A DNA stretch of 64,000 nt. Source: the human T2T-CHM13v2.0 reference genome, Homo sapiens. The position numbers and the translations under genes were made by a program. How positions within the stretch are numbered: the first letter of the stretch is position 1; each line of letters starts with the position of its first letter. The DNA lies in assembly GCF_009914755.1 (NCBI RefSeq), contig NC_060929.1. The stretch is one strand, 5' to 3'. Positions 37,690 to 54,039 of this stretch are shown one piece after another. The notes under the pieces are model-generated. The model saw only the letters and a list, made by a program, of their open reading frames with translations. It searched no databases and was not told the origin of the DNA.

Positions 37690-40600
37690 TATTTTCTTTT
37701 TTAATAGTTTCAACTTTTATCTTAGATTCGAAGTGTACATGTACGGGTTTGTTACTTGGGTATATTGTGTGATGATGAGATTGGGAACAAGAATAAACCA
37801 GTCACCCAAATAGTGAGTATAGTATGCAAGAGTTAGTTTTTCAACCCATGCTCCCCTCCCTCCTTCCCTATCCCATCTAGTACTCCTCAGTGTCTATTGT
37901 TCCCATCTTTATGTCCATGAGTACAAAATCTTTAGTTTCCACTGTTAAGTGAGAACATGCAGGATTTGATTTTTGGTCCTGCATTAATTCGCTTAGGAGA
38001 ATGGCCTCCAGCTGCATTCATGTGCTGCAAAGCACATCATTTCTTTCTTTTTATGGCTGCTTAGTATTCTGTGGTGTATATATACCACAGTTTTAAGATC
38101 CAATTTATTGTTGATGGGCACCTATGTGGATTCCATGTCTTTGGTATTGTGAATAGTGCTGCAATGAACATATGAGTGCATGTATCTTTTAGTAGAATAA
38201 TTTATTTTCTTATGGATATATAACCAGTAATGGGATTACTGAGTCAAATGGCAGTTCTGCTTTTAGTTATTAGAGAAATCTTCAAACTGCTTTCCACAGG
38301 GCCTGAAATAATTAACATTCCCATCAACAGTGTATAAATATTCCCTTCTCTCTGCAGCTTCACCAGCATCTGTTACTTTTTGGCTTTTAGTGATAGCCAT
38401 TCTGACTCATGTGAGATAGTTTCTCCTTGTGGTTCTGATTTACATTTTACTGATGACTAGTGATGTTGAGCATTTTTTCATATTTTTGGTCACTTTTATC
38501 TCTTCTTTTGAAAAGTGGTTGTTCATCTCCTTTTACCCACTTTTAATGGGTTTTTTATTATTTTATTTTATTTTTTTGGCTTGTAGAATTGTTTAAGTTA
38601 CTTATGGATTTTGGATATTAGATCTTTGTTGGATGCATAGGTTGCAAAAATTTTCTCCCATTCTGCAGGTTGTCTTTTTACTCTATTCATAATTTATTTT
38701 GCTGTGTAGAAACCCTTTTGTTTAATTAGGTCTCATTTGTCAATTTTTCATTTTGTTGCAATTGCTGTTGAAAACTTTGTCATTAATTGTTTCCCAAGGC
38801 TGATGTCCAGAATGGTGTTTCCTAGGTCTTCTTCTAGGATTCTTACAGTTTGAAGTCTTACATTTGAATGTTTAGACATCTGGAGTTAACTTTATATATG
38901 GTAAAATGTAGGAACCCAGTTTCATTCTTTGGCATGTAGCCAGCCAGTAATCACAGCAACATTTATTGAATAGAGAGTCCTTTCCTCAATGCTTATTTTT
39001 GTCAACTTTATAGAAGATCAGATGGCTGTAGGTTTGTGGTTTTGTTTCTGGGTTCTCTATTCTGTTCCATTGGAGTACATGTACTTTCATACTATTACCA
39101 TGGTGTTTTGGTTACTGTAGCTTTATAGTATAGTTTGAAGTCACTTAATTTGATGCCTCTGGCTTTGTTATTTTTGCTTAGAATTGTTTTGGCTATTTGA
39201 GCTCTTTTGCTTTCATATGAATTTTTGAGTAGTTTTTTCTAATTCTGTGAAGAATGACTTTGGTAATTTGATAGCAGTAACATTGAATTTGTAGATTGCT
39301 TTGGGAAGTATGGACATTTTAATGATATTGATTCTTCTGATGCATTAGCACGGATATTTTTCTATTCATTTGTGTCATGTTATTCTTTCCACAAGTGTTT
39401 TATACTTTTCCTTGTAGAGATTTTTCACCTCCTTGGATAGATATATTTCTAGTTATTTAATTCTTTTTGTGACTATTAAAAATAGAATTGTGTTCTTAAT
39501 TTGACTCTCAGTTTAAACATTATCAGTGTACAGAAATGCTACTGATTTTTTAAAATTTATTTTGTATACTGAAACTTAACCGATGTTGTTTTACAGGTAT
39601 GGAAGCCTTTTCATGGAGTTTTTAAGGTTTCCTAGGTAAATAATAATATTATCAGTAATAAGAAATAATTTGAATTTCTGTTTTACTATTTGAATGCCTT
39701 TTATTTTTTCCCAGGCTGATTACTCTGGCTAAGACTCCCACTACTATGTTGAGTAAGAGGGGTGAGAGTTGGCCTCTCTGTCTTGTTCCATTTCTCAAAG
39801 GAAATGATTCCAGCTTATGCCCATTCACTATTATGTTGGCTTTGGGTTTCTCATAGATGGCTGTTATTATTTTGAGGTGTATTCCTTCTAGGTGTGTTGG
39901 ATTTTACATAATGCTTTTATTGCATTTGTTGAGATTATCATGTAGTTTTTGTTTTCAATTCTGCTTAAGTGGTGAATCACATTTATTAATTTGCATATGA
40001 TGAACCAACTTGAATCCCAGGAACGAAACCTACTTGACTGTAGTGAATTAACTTTTTGATGTGCTGCTAGATTCTGTTTGCTAGTATTTTTTTTTTTTGA
40101 GTTTTGCATCTGTCTTCATCAGGAATATTTGTCTGTAATTATTATTTTTTCTTTTTGATTTTTCAGATTTCGGTGTCAGGATGATACTGGTATTGTAGAA
40201 TGAGTTAAGGAGCAGTGTCTCCTTCTCAATGTTTTGGAATAATTTCAGCAGAATTGGTACCAGCTCTTATTTGTACATCTGGTAGAATTTGGCTGTGAAT
40301 TCATGTGGTCCAATTCCTTCTTTGTTTTTTTTTTTTCTTTTGGATTGGTAGTTTGGTTGGTTTTCTTCTATTACTGAATCAATAGCAGAACTCATTATTG
40401 GTCTGTTCCTTGTTTTAATTTCCTGATTCAATCTTGGGAAGATGTGTGTTTTCAGGAATTTGTCTACTTCCTCTGGATTTTCTAGTTTGTGTACATAAAG
40501 GTGTTCATAATAGTTTCTGAGGATCTTTTGTATTTCTATGGAATTGGTTATAATGTGACCTTTGTCATTTCTGATTTTGCTTATTTAGATCTTTTCTCTC

Positions 40601-43600
40601 TTTTTCTTTTTTTATCTAGCTAGTGATCTATTAATCTTGTTTATCTTTTCAATGAAACAACTTTTTTTTTGGTATGGCTTTTGGGTCTCAGTTTCATTCA
40701 GTTCTTCTCCCATTTTAGTTATTTATTTTATTCTGCTAGCTTTGGGGTTTGTTCCTGTTTTTCTAGTTCCTCTGGATGTGATGTTAGATAGTTAATTTGA
40801 GATATTTATAACTCGTTGAGGTAGCTGTTTAGTGATATAAACTTTCCACTTAGCACTACATTTGCTATATGCAGTCCAGAGATTTTGGTGTAGTGTTTCT
40901 CTGTTTTCATTTATTTTAAATATTTTAAAACATATGCCTTAATTTTGTTGTTTACTCAAATGTCATTCAGGAACAAGTTGTTTAATTTCCATGTAATTTT
41001 GTGGTTTTGAGACATCTTCCAGGTATTAATTTCTACTTTTATTCCACTGTGGTCTGAGAGTATGGTTGGTATAACTTCAGTTTTTCTGAATTTATTGAGA
41101 TTTGCTTTATGGCTAAGCATGTGGTCGATCCTGAAGTATGTTCTGTGTGCAAATGAGAAGTATGTATATTCTGTGGTTGATGAGTGGAATGTTCTGTAGA
41201 TGTCTATTAGGTCTAATTGGTCAAGTGTCAAATTTAAATCTAGAATTTCTTTGTTAGTTTTCCACCTTGATGATCTAACATTGCAAGTGTGTTGTTGGCA
41301 TCCGCTACTATTAATGTGTGGCTGTAGCCTTTTTGTATGTCTAGAGATAGTTGTTTCATGAATATGGGTGCTCCAATGTTGGGCGCATATATATTCAGGA
41401 TAGTTAAGATTTCTTGTTGAATTGAATTATCAGTATGTAATGCCTTTCTTTGTCCTTTTTAACTGTTGTCGGCTTAAAGTTGGTTTTATCTGATATAAGA
41501 ATAGCTACCCATACTCTTTTTTCTTCTTCATTTGTGTGCTAGATCTTTGTCCAACTTTTTACTTTCAGCTTATGAGTGTTATTTAGTGTGAGGTGGGTCT
41601 CTTGAAGACAGCCGATGGAAGGCTCTTGTTTTTTTAATCCAATTTGCAAGTCTGTGCTTTTAAAACTGGAGTATTTTGGCTGTGTACATTTAAGTTTAAT
41701 ATTGACATATGAGGCTTTGATCCTATCATGAAGTTGTTTGCTAGTTGTCTTGTAGTTTCTGTTATGTGGTTGCATTATAGAGTCTGTGAGCTATGTATTT
41801 ATGTGTGGGTTTTTTTGATAGTATTTTTCCTTCATTTTCCTTTCATTTTCATGTTTAGAACTCCCTTAAAAATCTCTTGAAGACTCACCTACTGGTAATG
41901 AATTTCCTTACTGCTTGATTGTCTGGAAGAGTTTTTATTTCCACTTTGCTTAAGAAGCTTAGTTTGGAGTCATATGAAATTCTTGGTTGGAATGTCTTTT
42001 CTTTATGAATACTAAAAAAAAGTCCCTAATCTCTACTGTTTTTAAGTTTTCTGCTGAGAAGTCCACATTAGCCAGATAGGATTTCCTTTGTACATGATCT
42101 GACCATTTTCTCTAGCTGCCTGTAAAATTTTTTATTTGGTGTTAACCTTGGACAATTTGGTGAGTATATATGCCTTTGTGATGATAGTTTTGCATAGTAT
42201 CATGTAGATGTACTCTGGATTTATTGTACCTGATGTCTACCTCTCTAGCAAGATAAGGGGAATTTTCTTGAATCATTTATTCAAATATGTTTCCATGTTA
42301 ATTACTTTTTCTCTTTTTCTTTCAAGAATGCCAGTAATTCAAAGATTTGTTTACAGAATCCCATACTTCTTAAAGACTTTGTACATTTTTATTAATTTTT
42401 TTTTTTTTTGGCTGACTGGGTTTGTTTGAAAGACAGATCTTCAGGCTCTGAAATTCTTTCTTCATCATGGGCTAGTCTATTGATAAAGCTTTCAATTGTA
42501 TTTTGAAATTCCTTAAGTGAGCTTTTCAATTCCAGAAGCTCTGACTAATATTTTTAAAGATATTCATCTCTTCTTTTCATTTCCTGAATCGATTTAGAAA
42601 TTTGTGTTGATTTTCAACTTTATCTTGGATCTCATTGAGTTTCCTTGCAATCCATGCTTTGAATTATTTATCTGTCATTTCTGAGTTTTCATTTTCATTA
42701 AGGACCATTGCTGGAGAACTAGTGTAATCCTTTGGTAGTACCACTACCTTCAAATTTTTTATGGTGCCAGAATTTTTGCACTGGTTCCATTTCATATGGA
42801 GGTAATGGCATTCTTAATTTTTGTAATTATTTTCGTGTTGGTAGGATTTTTTCCTTTTTCTTTCTTTCCTTGTAATATTATTATTTTTTTTTTCTCCTTT
42901 CCTTTCCCTCTCCCCCTAGGGGTTGGGACTCTAGGGAATGTTGAGTAAGGGCTTTTGGTTTTGCTTCTATACTCCTATGCACTTTCAGCACATTTTATAT
43001 TGGGCTGTGCAGTTGGATCTATAAGCCAGTAGATGACTTTTATGGGTAAGAGCCAGCTGAAACTAACATGGCTAGGAGAAGCTTGTTTATTGGGAGAAGA
43101 TCTCTGTTTCCTCGGGCAATAGGCTGATCCATGGAGTGGTCTGAGCTCCCTGCTCAGCCTAGCATGGGTGGGGGACCAAAAGAGAGGGGCCAGCCTGGAA
43201 AAGCCCACCTACAGTTCTGCTGAGGGCAGGCACAAGCACTGGTGCTAAGGGACAATCCAGCGGGTGGTCACTGAGGGCCGAAAAGTGTGTGCAGGCATGG
43301 AGCTGGGAAACTTCCAGGGCCTCAAGTTCTCTGTCTGGGCAGAGTGGAGTGGTCCAGGCTTCAAATCCAGGACAGCAGGTATTTCAGGTGCATGGAAATA
43401 TGCCTGGGCATGGACTGCAGACAGCCCTGCTGTACCTCTGTCTCTGCACAGTAACAGTGGAGCAGCTCAGGATGCTGATTCAGACAAGTGGGTGCTCAGA
43501 ATACCTAGTTATCTGCCTGAGTGTGAAGTGAAGAGGGCACTGCTTCACTGTAATTTCTTCACAGGAAGGGTTGTACAGCTTAGGCTGCTGATCCAGGTGC

Positions 43601-43620
43601 ATGGGTGCTCTGGCTGCTAA
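37690..43620 (-). mobile_element. Near full-length L1PA16-like element (5' UTR, ORF1, ORF2, 3' UTR), disabled
   Basis: 3' end tttcaacttttatcttagattc...gggtatattgtgtgatg. Endonuclease remnants CLQETHL (41539-41775) and RIDHML...LSDHSGIK (40956-41231). GC-richer 5' UTR at 42900-43620. Degenerate TSD gttaaattcaaa / gttaaattaaaa. Confidence 0.92.
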
Positions 43621-44722
43621 GTTAAATTAAAAATATGTTCTTCTTAATTTAATGTTTTAGCTTTCTGTGAAAAAAATTATAACAATAAAGTAAAATTAAC
43701 AAATGTTTTCTCACTAAGGCCTTGGTGCTTTCAATGTCCATCTGTCTTAGATATTTTTCTTAAGTCTCAAAAACATATGTTGTTTTTCATTATATGTTAA
43801 ATGTTTATTTCACTGTGAGATAATAAAACATAAAAACATGGAAAATACTACATGTGTTAATAATTAACTATAATTTTAAATGAGGAATATAGTGTTTTAT
43901 TTGATATAGATATAATGCTAAACATTATTTTTATTTATTATTTTGCGGGTATCAATAACTTTGTAAAATAAGATTTTGTAAAGTCACACTTAAGTACTTA
44001 CCACAATTTCATGATTATGGAATGGTAAAAGATCTATAATTCTTTTCATTTGTGCTATTTTTTTCTTAACTATATCACTGTACTCTAAATAACACCGTAT
44101 TTCTCCTTTTTATATTCCTTTCTTAATTGTCATCATTAGACTATGATTTTTAATTGATGCACTAGATATTAAATTCTCTGAATCTTGAAATCACTCTTAA
44201 TGTGGTTATGTCAAGTGCATAAAAAGAATATGGATTGGTAAGTTTCATTAGCCTTTCTCTTTATGATTTATAGTCTTGTCTCTTGAATAATGCAGTTTGA
44301 GACAATATGTAAGGTCCTTCACAGTGAAGGTGCCTTTCCTCTCTTGCCACATATAAAGTATCACTTATTCCATTTATGAATATTAAAACACTGGCTTAAA
44401 TTATAACAGCATCTTTCAGGGGTTATCGTTAGTACTTCAAGAACAAATTGAATATCTTTCATGGTAGATGATCACAATAAATGAGACAGTAACTTAAAAA
44501 TTCAAGTGAAAATTCTCGGTAACATCTGTGACTTTTGACCCTAAATCAATTCTTTTACTCTAAAGGGTGAAAGCCAATACACAGATTGATGTTAAAAATT
44601 TATATTTAAGGTCACATTTTAAAATTGTATAAGGATTGTGTAGACAATTTAACAATAATATTTTCTAATTCTCATAAAATGTAGTTTCTGAATATATAAT
44701 CTAAACCTCTTAATGTCTTGCC

Positions 44723-45027
44723 AGCAACATGGACAGAACTGGAGGTCATTATCTTAAGTGAAACAACTCAGAAACAGAAAATCAAATACAGGCATGTTCT
44801 CACTTATAAGTGGAAACTAAATAATGTGTACACATTGACATAAGAGTGTGGAATAATAGACACTGGAGGCTCAGAAGGATGGGAAAGTGGGAGGGGGCAG
44901 GGAGATAAAAAATTACTTCATAGATATACTGTACATTATTCAGGTGATAGTTACACTAAAAGCCCAGACTTCACCACTACCCAACATATCCATGTGACAA
45001 AATTGTACTTGTACCCCTTAAATGTAT
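44723..45027 (+). mobile_element. L1PB4-like 3' end
   Basis: gcaacatggacagaactggaggtcattatcttaagtgaaacaactcag...ctaaaagcccagacttcaccactac. TSD core gtcttgcc on both sides. Confidence 0.88.
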
Positions 45028-46049
45028 CTTAAAAGTCTTGCCTCTACTTCCTATTAACTGAATAATCCTGAACATAACTTTCATTTCTGCGAGCTTCAGT
45101 TTCCTTATTTTAAAAAGTTTATAAGTAAATAATTATACTTTGGGTTCCTTTGAGATTGGATGAGATCATAAAAAAAAAGAAATGTGGAGACTAATATATG
45201 TTGATTTTGGAATTTTAGAACAATAGAATAGTTACCAGTAACACCCTGGAAGTTTTGCATGATGGGGAAGAGTTTATTTGATGAAACTTGCAAACTCGGA
45301 GAAATTTGGATCCTTTAATTGAGAAGTATTAGTCAAAACATACCCAATGACTAAGTAAAAGACTTATTTTGCAACCAGGTCCATCATGTGCTATTTTAAT
45401 TTCCATATTAAAGTTTATTTGTTTTCAATTTTAATACAGTACTCACTGTATAAGAAATAGGAATCTTACATGGAACAAAAACTCTCTGAGAAGCCCCTAT
45501 CTTAAAGATTGATTATCTCAAAACCTGAAACAGAAATGTTCAAAACTACTACTGTCTCCTCAGTAGGTTATTTTCTGATAATGAACTAGACTTGCTTAAA
45601 CTCTGTATTTTTCTTTGAACATAGCTTTCAAATTGCATAATTACCTAAGGTTCTAGATCATCTGGCTGCTTGTTAGTGTTTAAATGTGTTTGTAGACATA
45701 TTATTTTGTTTACTTGGTAATTATTGTTGACATACTTGTCTACCTTTTGGCCAGCATTTACATAGTAACATTCTTTAGGAGACTACAAATAGTACCTTTT
45801 TCTATTGTATATGATTACCTTTAAATAAATAATTAACAACACACCAAATCTGTCTTTTTTATGTCTAGTGTTTAGGGACAAGAATAATTACTTTTTTCTG
45901 ATATTGGTGATTGTGAGCTATGTTCTCTTGTGAATATTGCATTTTTTAGAAAGAAATGAGTGTCAATTAAAAGCAGTTGCCTGAGATATACTTGCCACAT
46001 ATGTGAGTATCTACTTCCTTTTTAGAATCAAGGGTAGAGATACATGTAG

Positions 46050-47210
46050 TAAAGTGACTGAAAATGTAACTAAATATACATGTATAGCATAATAATGTTT
46101 GCATGTTGTATGCCCCATGTATACCCAAATCATGAGGTAGAACAATCCCAGCATCCAATAAGACACTTTCTTGCCCCTAGAGCTAACTACTATCCTGAAT
46201 TATCTCATCATCTATCAGCCTTGATTATTCTAGAATTTCCTATACCTGGAATGATATAGAACATACTTTTTTTCTGTCATGGGCTTGTCTTATTCAGTAA
46301 TTACGTCTGTGAGTTTCATTCATGTAAATATCAGGGAGTTTATTCTTTTGTACTGTTCCATAGTATTCCGTTATAATATTTATTCCAGTTTATTCATCCT
46401 CTATTTGTTAGGCAATTGGTTTTTTCAAGATTTTGACTATTATAAATAAATCTGTTGTCAATATTCTTGGTTTTGTGTGGACTCACTTCTCTTACGTATA
46501 CACTGAGAAATGGCCAGTTGTCCAAAATGGTTTTCTACCTCTACCAGCAGTGTATGAGGGTTTGAGTTGCTCCTATATAACCCATATTTGGTATTTGCAG
46601 CCTTAATTATAGTTACTCTGGTGGCTGTATAATAATACATTTTTTGTATTTTTAATGTATAATTTCCCCACAAATAGTGAAGTTGACTTCCTTTTATTAT
46701 ATTTATTAACTAATAAAATACCCTTTTTCCTGAGAGCTCTTTGCTAAAGTTCTTTCCCACTGTTATTATTATTATTTTTCTTTTTTATTTGTGGATGTCC
46801 TTTGTATGTTTGGATAAGAGCCCTTCAAAAAATTTATATACAGCAAATAATTTTTCTATTTCTTGGTGTTTTCACTTTCTATATGATGCTTCTGGATGGA
46901 CAGGAAATCCTAGTTAGAATAAAAGCCAATTTGTTAGTTTTCTTTTTTGGAATGCTTTAGTGTTTTTGACTCCTATATTAAAGATCTTTGCCTATTGTGA
47001 CATCATGTAGATAACTTTCTGTGTTTTCCTTTCAAGGCTTTAGACTGTTTTTTCTTTTCACAGTTGTGTCAGTTTCATTGAATGTTGTAAAATAGGTGTC
47101 AGGTTTCCTTTTTATTCATTATGGATATCAAACTGCTTGATTCAATATCTCTTACTGACTGCTTGCTTCAACATCATTTACATAGTTTAATTCCATTGAC
47201 ATCTTTTATA
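46050..47210 (-). mobile_element. L1ME-like 3' region
   Basis: gctaactactatcctgaatt, tagtattccgttata, ctctaccagcagtgtatgagggttt, ggatatcaaactgc. Confidence 0.7.
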
Positions 47211-47721
47211 CAAATCGAGTGAACAAATAAATAAAGCAAGCAATATATATTTTATATAAAATGTTTCTGATAATAGCACATGGAAAGTGATTTAGGAAAT
47301 TAAATGAGGTAACATTTATCATAACTATAAAATTAAGAATTCTAAAATGAAAATATCAATAAATACTGATTCTATCATCTTAAGTGAAATAATAGGTGAA
47401 TTTAATGCCTAGATAATAGGTGGTTAAATTTGTACCCACCACTAATAAGAAAATAGCAACCTAAAAGCAGACTTGATGCTACATGAACTGAGAAGAATCT
47501 ATGGATAAAAATCCAACTTCCGCTTCTGATTAAAAAAGGATGCAAAGCACACAAATGTGCACATACACATGCCTTGCTCTAACAAAAAAATGATAACTCA
47601 AGTGTGTAAAATAATACTATTCCTACATTCCTATTCATCTTCCTCATTCTACATACTTTAACACTGCCTAACTTTCCCAGTTTATGACTATCTTTTTCTG
47701 GTCCATATCTTTAAAATATGT

Positions 47722-48093
47722 TATTGTGGACTAAATTATGTTCCCCCAAAATTCGTATGTTGAATCCCTAACCCCAATATGACTAATTTGTAGATAAGGC
47801 TGTTAAAGAGAGAATTAAGGTTAAGAGATGTCATAAGAGCATAATGCAATAATACTGGTGCTCCTATAAGAAGAGGAAGATATATCAGGGCTATACATGC
47901 CGAGAAAAGGCCACATGAAGGTGCACTGAGCAGGCGGCCATCTGCAAGTCCAAGAGAGGGACCTCGGGAGAAATCAACTCTGCTGGCTCCTTGATCTTAG
48001 ATTTCCATCATCCTGAACCGTAAGAAAATAAATTTCTGTTTTTTAAGTCACCCAGTATGTGGTATTTTCTTACAGCAGCCCAAGCATCTAACA
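47722..48093 (+). mobile_element. MLT1B solo LTR
   Basis: cccccaaaattcgtatgttgaatccctaacccc...ctataagaagaggaaga...gcggccatctgcaag...aaaataaatttctgttttttaagtcacccagt. Confidence 0.88.
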
Positions 48094-49729
48094 AGTGTCA
48101 ATCTTGTTTCTCTGCTTTATTTATGTACAATATTTTATTATTTTACTTGAGAGTATTATTATTGGGCACTAACATGTCTATGGCTCAGTTCCCCTGCCTC
48201 CAAACATAGAGTCAAATCTCGATTATCTTCTTGAAGAGAAGTCATGATTCTTATCACATTTAAAATAGGTTAAACGTGATAATTTGGCTGTCAATAAATT
48301 CTTATGAAATAGTTTGAGTAACAAATACTGTTTTAAAGGCAGGATTATATGCAAATTAAAATCTATTCGTTATTACGGTGTATGTACAGCACTGCATTTG
48401 AAATAAATGTAGAATCTATTTCATTTTGTAAATTGAAAACTTTTTGTAAATTGAAAACTATCAGCCACTTAAAATCACTGTCAAAATACTACAGATAGAA
48501 CAATAAGAATGCTCTGTGTCTTTTAAAACAATTTTTAAACAAATTTTCTTTGACAACTCATACTCAAGATTTACTCTGGGGTCAAACTTAAGACTTTTTA
48601 AATCATTTTTTTAGGCTCTATAAGCACAGGCACATGTTTTAGTTAACTTTCTGTTATACTGATGGAGTATGTAATGAAAGATTGATTATTAGTGAATAGG
48701 AGCAATCTTAAGTTGACATAAAGTTGATGTTTCATTTCAGAAGAATGCCATGGAAAATCTGAAATATTTGTCCACCAAAGCTTGCCAGGTACTCTATTTC
48801 AAAATGACAAAATCATCTGGGTTTTGTTGTATATTTTACAAACATTGAAAAACGTATAGGCTAGTTAAACATTCCCCTCCATGCCAATTCTATTCATTTC
48901 TTACATAATCTAAATGTGAAAACAAAAAGAGCAAAATGTTACTATGACTTCATAAAGTATCATAGGGTAAGTGCTGTATACTATCCTATTTTTAATGTTT
49001 AAGAATAAATTAATTGACTTACCCTTGATAAAGCTGAACGGTTATGAGAGAGCAATAGACAGAAAGAGCATGAAGCTGCTGTCCTTCACAATGACTGGAT
49101 TCTGTCTCACCACAAAGGACATGAGAAGAATTTACTGTGCAGTGCAAGCTTGTTTATGGATCTGTTAAGTATCACGGCTGAACCTGGTAAAGATGCAGAT
49201 TGATGTGTATGTGTTAAAGCTAGTCTATCCTCAGGAGCTAGACAAACCAGAAGTAATTTCTTGACATGATCAAAATGAATTGTAGTTGAGACGGAAGGTC
49301 TGAGGTCAGAGCAAATGAAGTATGCCCTACAGGAGACCAAGGAATGATCGAGGAGTTCATGTGGATTTCACAACCAAATCTCTCTGTTGACATGCTCCCT
49401 TCTTTCTCTCTCTCTCTCTCTCACACACACATACACAATATACATCAAAACCTATTAAAGAGGAGGAGATTTAGAGCAAGGCAAATTTTGGGGAGAACTG
49501 TTTTATTTAGGGAAATTACTATATAATTTAAGGACTCTCATGGAGTAAACAATTATACACAACTAAACCTCATAGCCATTTAAAACATATCTCCACACTC
49601 TGCTCCCTCATCAGCAACTTATTAAGAGAGGAAGGTAATTTAAGAGTGTTTGCATACATCACATACTTAAACACAAATATAATAAAAATGATACATAAAA
49701 TTGCCCAATAACTAGGAAGAACAGCTGAA

Positions 49730-50080
49730 AAGAGCTATACTATGCTAATACAACAAATAGGTCCCCAAATCTCAGTGGTTTTCAAGAAAATTTATTTGTT
49801 ACTATTCTTACATGTACATATTGCAATAACAAATGGTGTTTCATTTCAATGTATTCTTCTATATTTTAAGATGCAAAGAAAAGAGAATGTGATAAAACAC
49901 TCTCTACTTTTTAAATCTTTAGTATGAAAATAACATATGTCAGTTCCACTCTCATCACATTAAATAAAGCAACTCACATAGACATGTCAAGTTTAACCAG
50001 GAAATATGTATAATGTTTTGCATTAACTGATACCACAGATAGGGTAACGAAGATAGTTGAACACGAATATATCTTGCCAT
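49730..50080 (-). mobile_element. MLT1I-like LTR
   Basis: aacaaataggtccccaaatctcagtggtt...aacatatgtcagttccactctcat...aaagcaactcacatagacatg. Confidence 0.5.
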
Positions 50081-50484
50081 CTAAGTATAGCAAAATGATA
50101 AGCTCAGGAGCTTATCATGGATTTGGAGAGTTAGAGGACAAAATCAGTTTTAAAAATTGGAAATAATATTACTATTATGTAGTATGAAGACACAATTTAT
50201 TAGTATTTTATAAATAATAAATTTATTATGAACTATATTTATGAACTATAATTTTTGTCAGTCACTGCTACTCTACTGAGAAAAGAAAACTTTCATTTTC
50301 ACACTAACAAAAACAACAGAAATTCCTACCCCAGCCACAATCCATAACATTTATTGGCCACATAGTAAAGATTGCTGGATTAAAGGAGAATATATGTTCC
50401 TGAGGTATGACACTTGTGACTTGGAGTAGAATAAAGAGTAGCCTGAACTTGAGGTCACAGCTTAAGCAAAGTTTCTAGAAGACA

Positions 50485-50735
50485 ATAGACAGAATGGTAA
50501 TATGGGCTGTCCAGGATCACCACCCATTCCCGTGCGTATGCCTTTTATAATCTCCTTGAATCCGGGTGGAGTATGTGAATATTATGGATGTAACTCTCAT
50601 GATTGGATTATGTTATATAGTAAAAATGAAGGGAATTTTGCAAATGTAGATGAAGTTGTAATCTCTTGATTTTGATTAATCAGAAGGAAAATTATTCTGT
50701 GGGGTTTACTTTACCAGATGGGTTCTTTAAAAGAT
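50485..50735 (+). mobile_element. MLT1E-like LTR fragment
   Basis: gtgaatattatggatgtaactctcatgattggattatgttatatag...gggaattttgcaaatgta. Confidence 0.6.
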
Positions 50736-51194
50736 ACTTAAGACAAGGAAAACAATGGAGCAATAGAACACTAAAACACAACATTAATTTCACCATAATA
50801 ATAAGATCCAGAAATGAAATTGATTAATGAAGGCATAGAATGTCTTTGTTGGGACTTATTTCAACACTTGTATCACTAGGAGAGGTGACTATACTGAAAA
50901 GGATATTTCAGTACATAGTAAGATTGCATGAAACACTTCAAGATAAAGGAGACATGTACCTTGGTACTAAAAGCACATAATTGTATAGCATATACAATAT
51001 GTGGGACACAGCCCTAAAACTTTACATATGTTAATTCATTGGGGGGGGGGGCACACATTAAATGAAATATAGAAAGAAATAGATTTATAGAAAGTATATT
51101 TGAACAATGAATTAATCTGAAGTGGTAAGGTTTACTTAGGTGTCTTTATCAGAGTGTAATAGGTGCATTTTAATTTTTAGAGAAAAAAATGTGC

Positions 51195-51590
51195 TCATGA
51201 ATGGCTATTGAAATTTTGCAAAATGCATTGTTGCCTGCACCTTTTGATGTAATCTCACATTATGTCTTTGTTATATTCTTAACGTAGAAAGTTGTATCAA
51301 TTCATTTGGAATGTTGAACTAACTTTGCATTCCTGAGATGAATCGTTCTGGTTCAGACATGCGTTATTATTTTTATATATTTTTGGATTCACTTAGCTAA
51401 TACTGTGTTAAAACTCTACCTAGGGTTATGAGAGACATTACATCCTAATTGATTTTTATTATATTGTGGTGGTCAGATATTGGTACTAGGCATATGTAGG
51501 TCTCATAAAACAATTTAGGGAAGGTTCTCTCTTCCTCTTTTCTGAAAGCTGTTTAGTAATATGTTTGTTTTCCTGTCTTTTAGATTTTAT
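51195..51590 (-). mobile_element. Old L1M ORF2 fragment
   Basis: aatgttgaactaactttgcattcctgagatgaatc...ttggattcacttagctaata...atgagagacatt. Confidence 0.6.
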
Positions 51591-51874
51591 AGAAGTGGAG
51601 AAATTCAGTTTAAGTGACAAATAAGAGCTAAATGAACAAACTAATTTATAACTGAAGTTTAGTAACTACCGTTTGGTAACTAAATCATGCTCAAAATGTT
51701 TCTCTCTTAAAAGCTTACAAAATGAAATACATTTTAATTGTTCAGTGCTTCTTTCTTAAATAAAGAACATTGGTCCTTGACAAAAAAACAATATTTATTA
51801 GACATTTTCAATTTTCTACCAAGAAAGTTAAAAGCAACTATGTATATCTATACACACAAGTTTACCAACGCAGG

Positions 51875-51878
<4 letters not shown>

Positions 51879-51924
<46 letters not shown>
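51879..51924. repeat. Perfect (AT)23 microsatellite
   Basis: 46 bp uninterrupted, followed by (CA)n at 51952-51982. Confidence 0.97.
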
Positions 51925-51928
<4 letters not shown>

Positions 51929-52002
51929 ACCATGTTGTTCTAGGGTCAACTACACACACACACACACACACACAAACACACAAATTGGCTCAACTATATA
52001 TA

Positions 52003-53929
<1,927 letters not shown>

Positions 53930-54005
53930 TATATCTATATATATCTATACAGATATAGATATAGACATATAGCTAGATATATATATATACACAAACACAC
54001 ATACA

Positions 54006-54039
<34 letters not shown>

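Noticed and set aside
42975-43620. GC-richer segment with 77-118 aa ORFs
   Set aside because: It is the 5' UTR of the L1PA16-like element.
51041-51051. G11 run in AT-rich DNA
   Set aside because: An isolated homopolymer, too short for a three-tier intramolecular G-quadruplex, with no supporting context.
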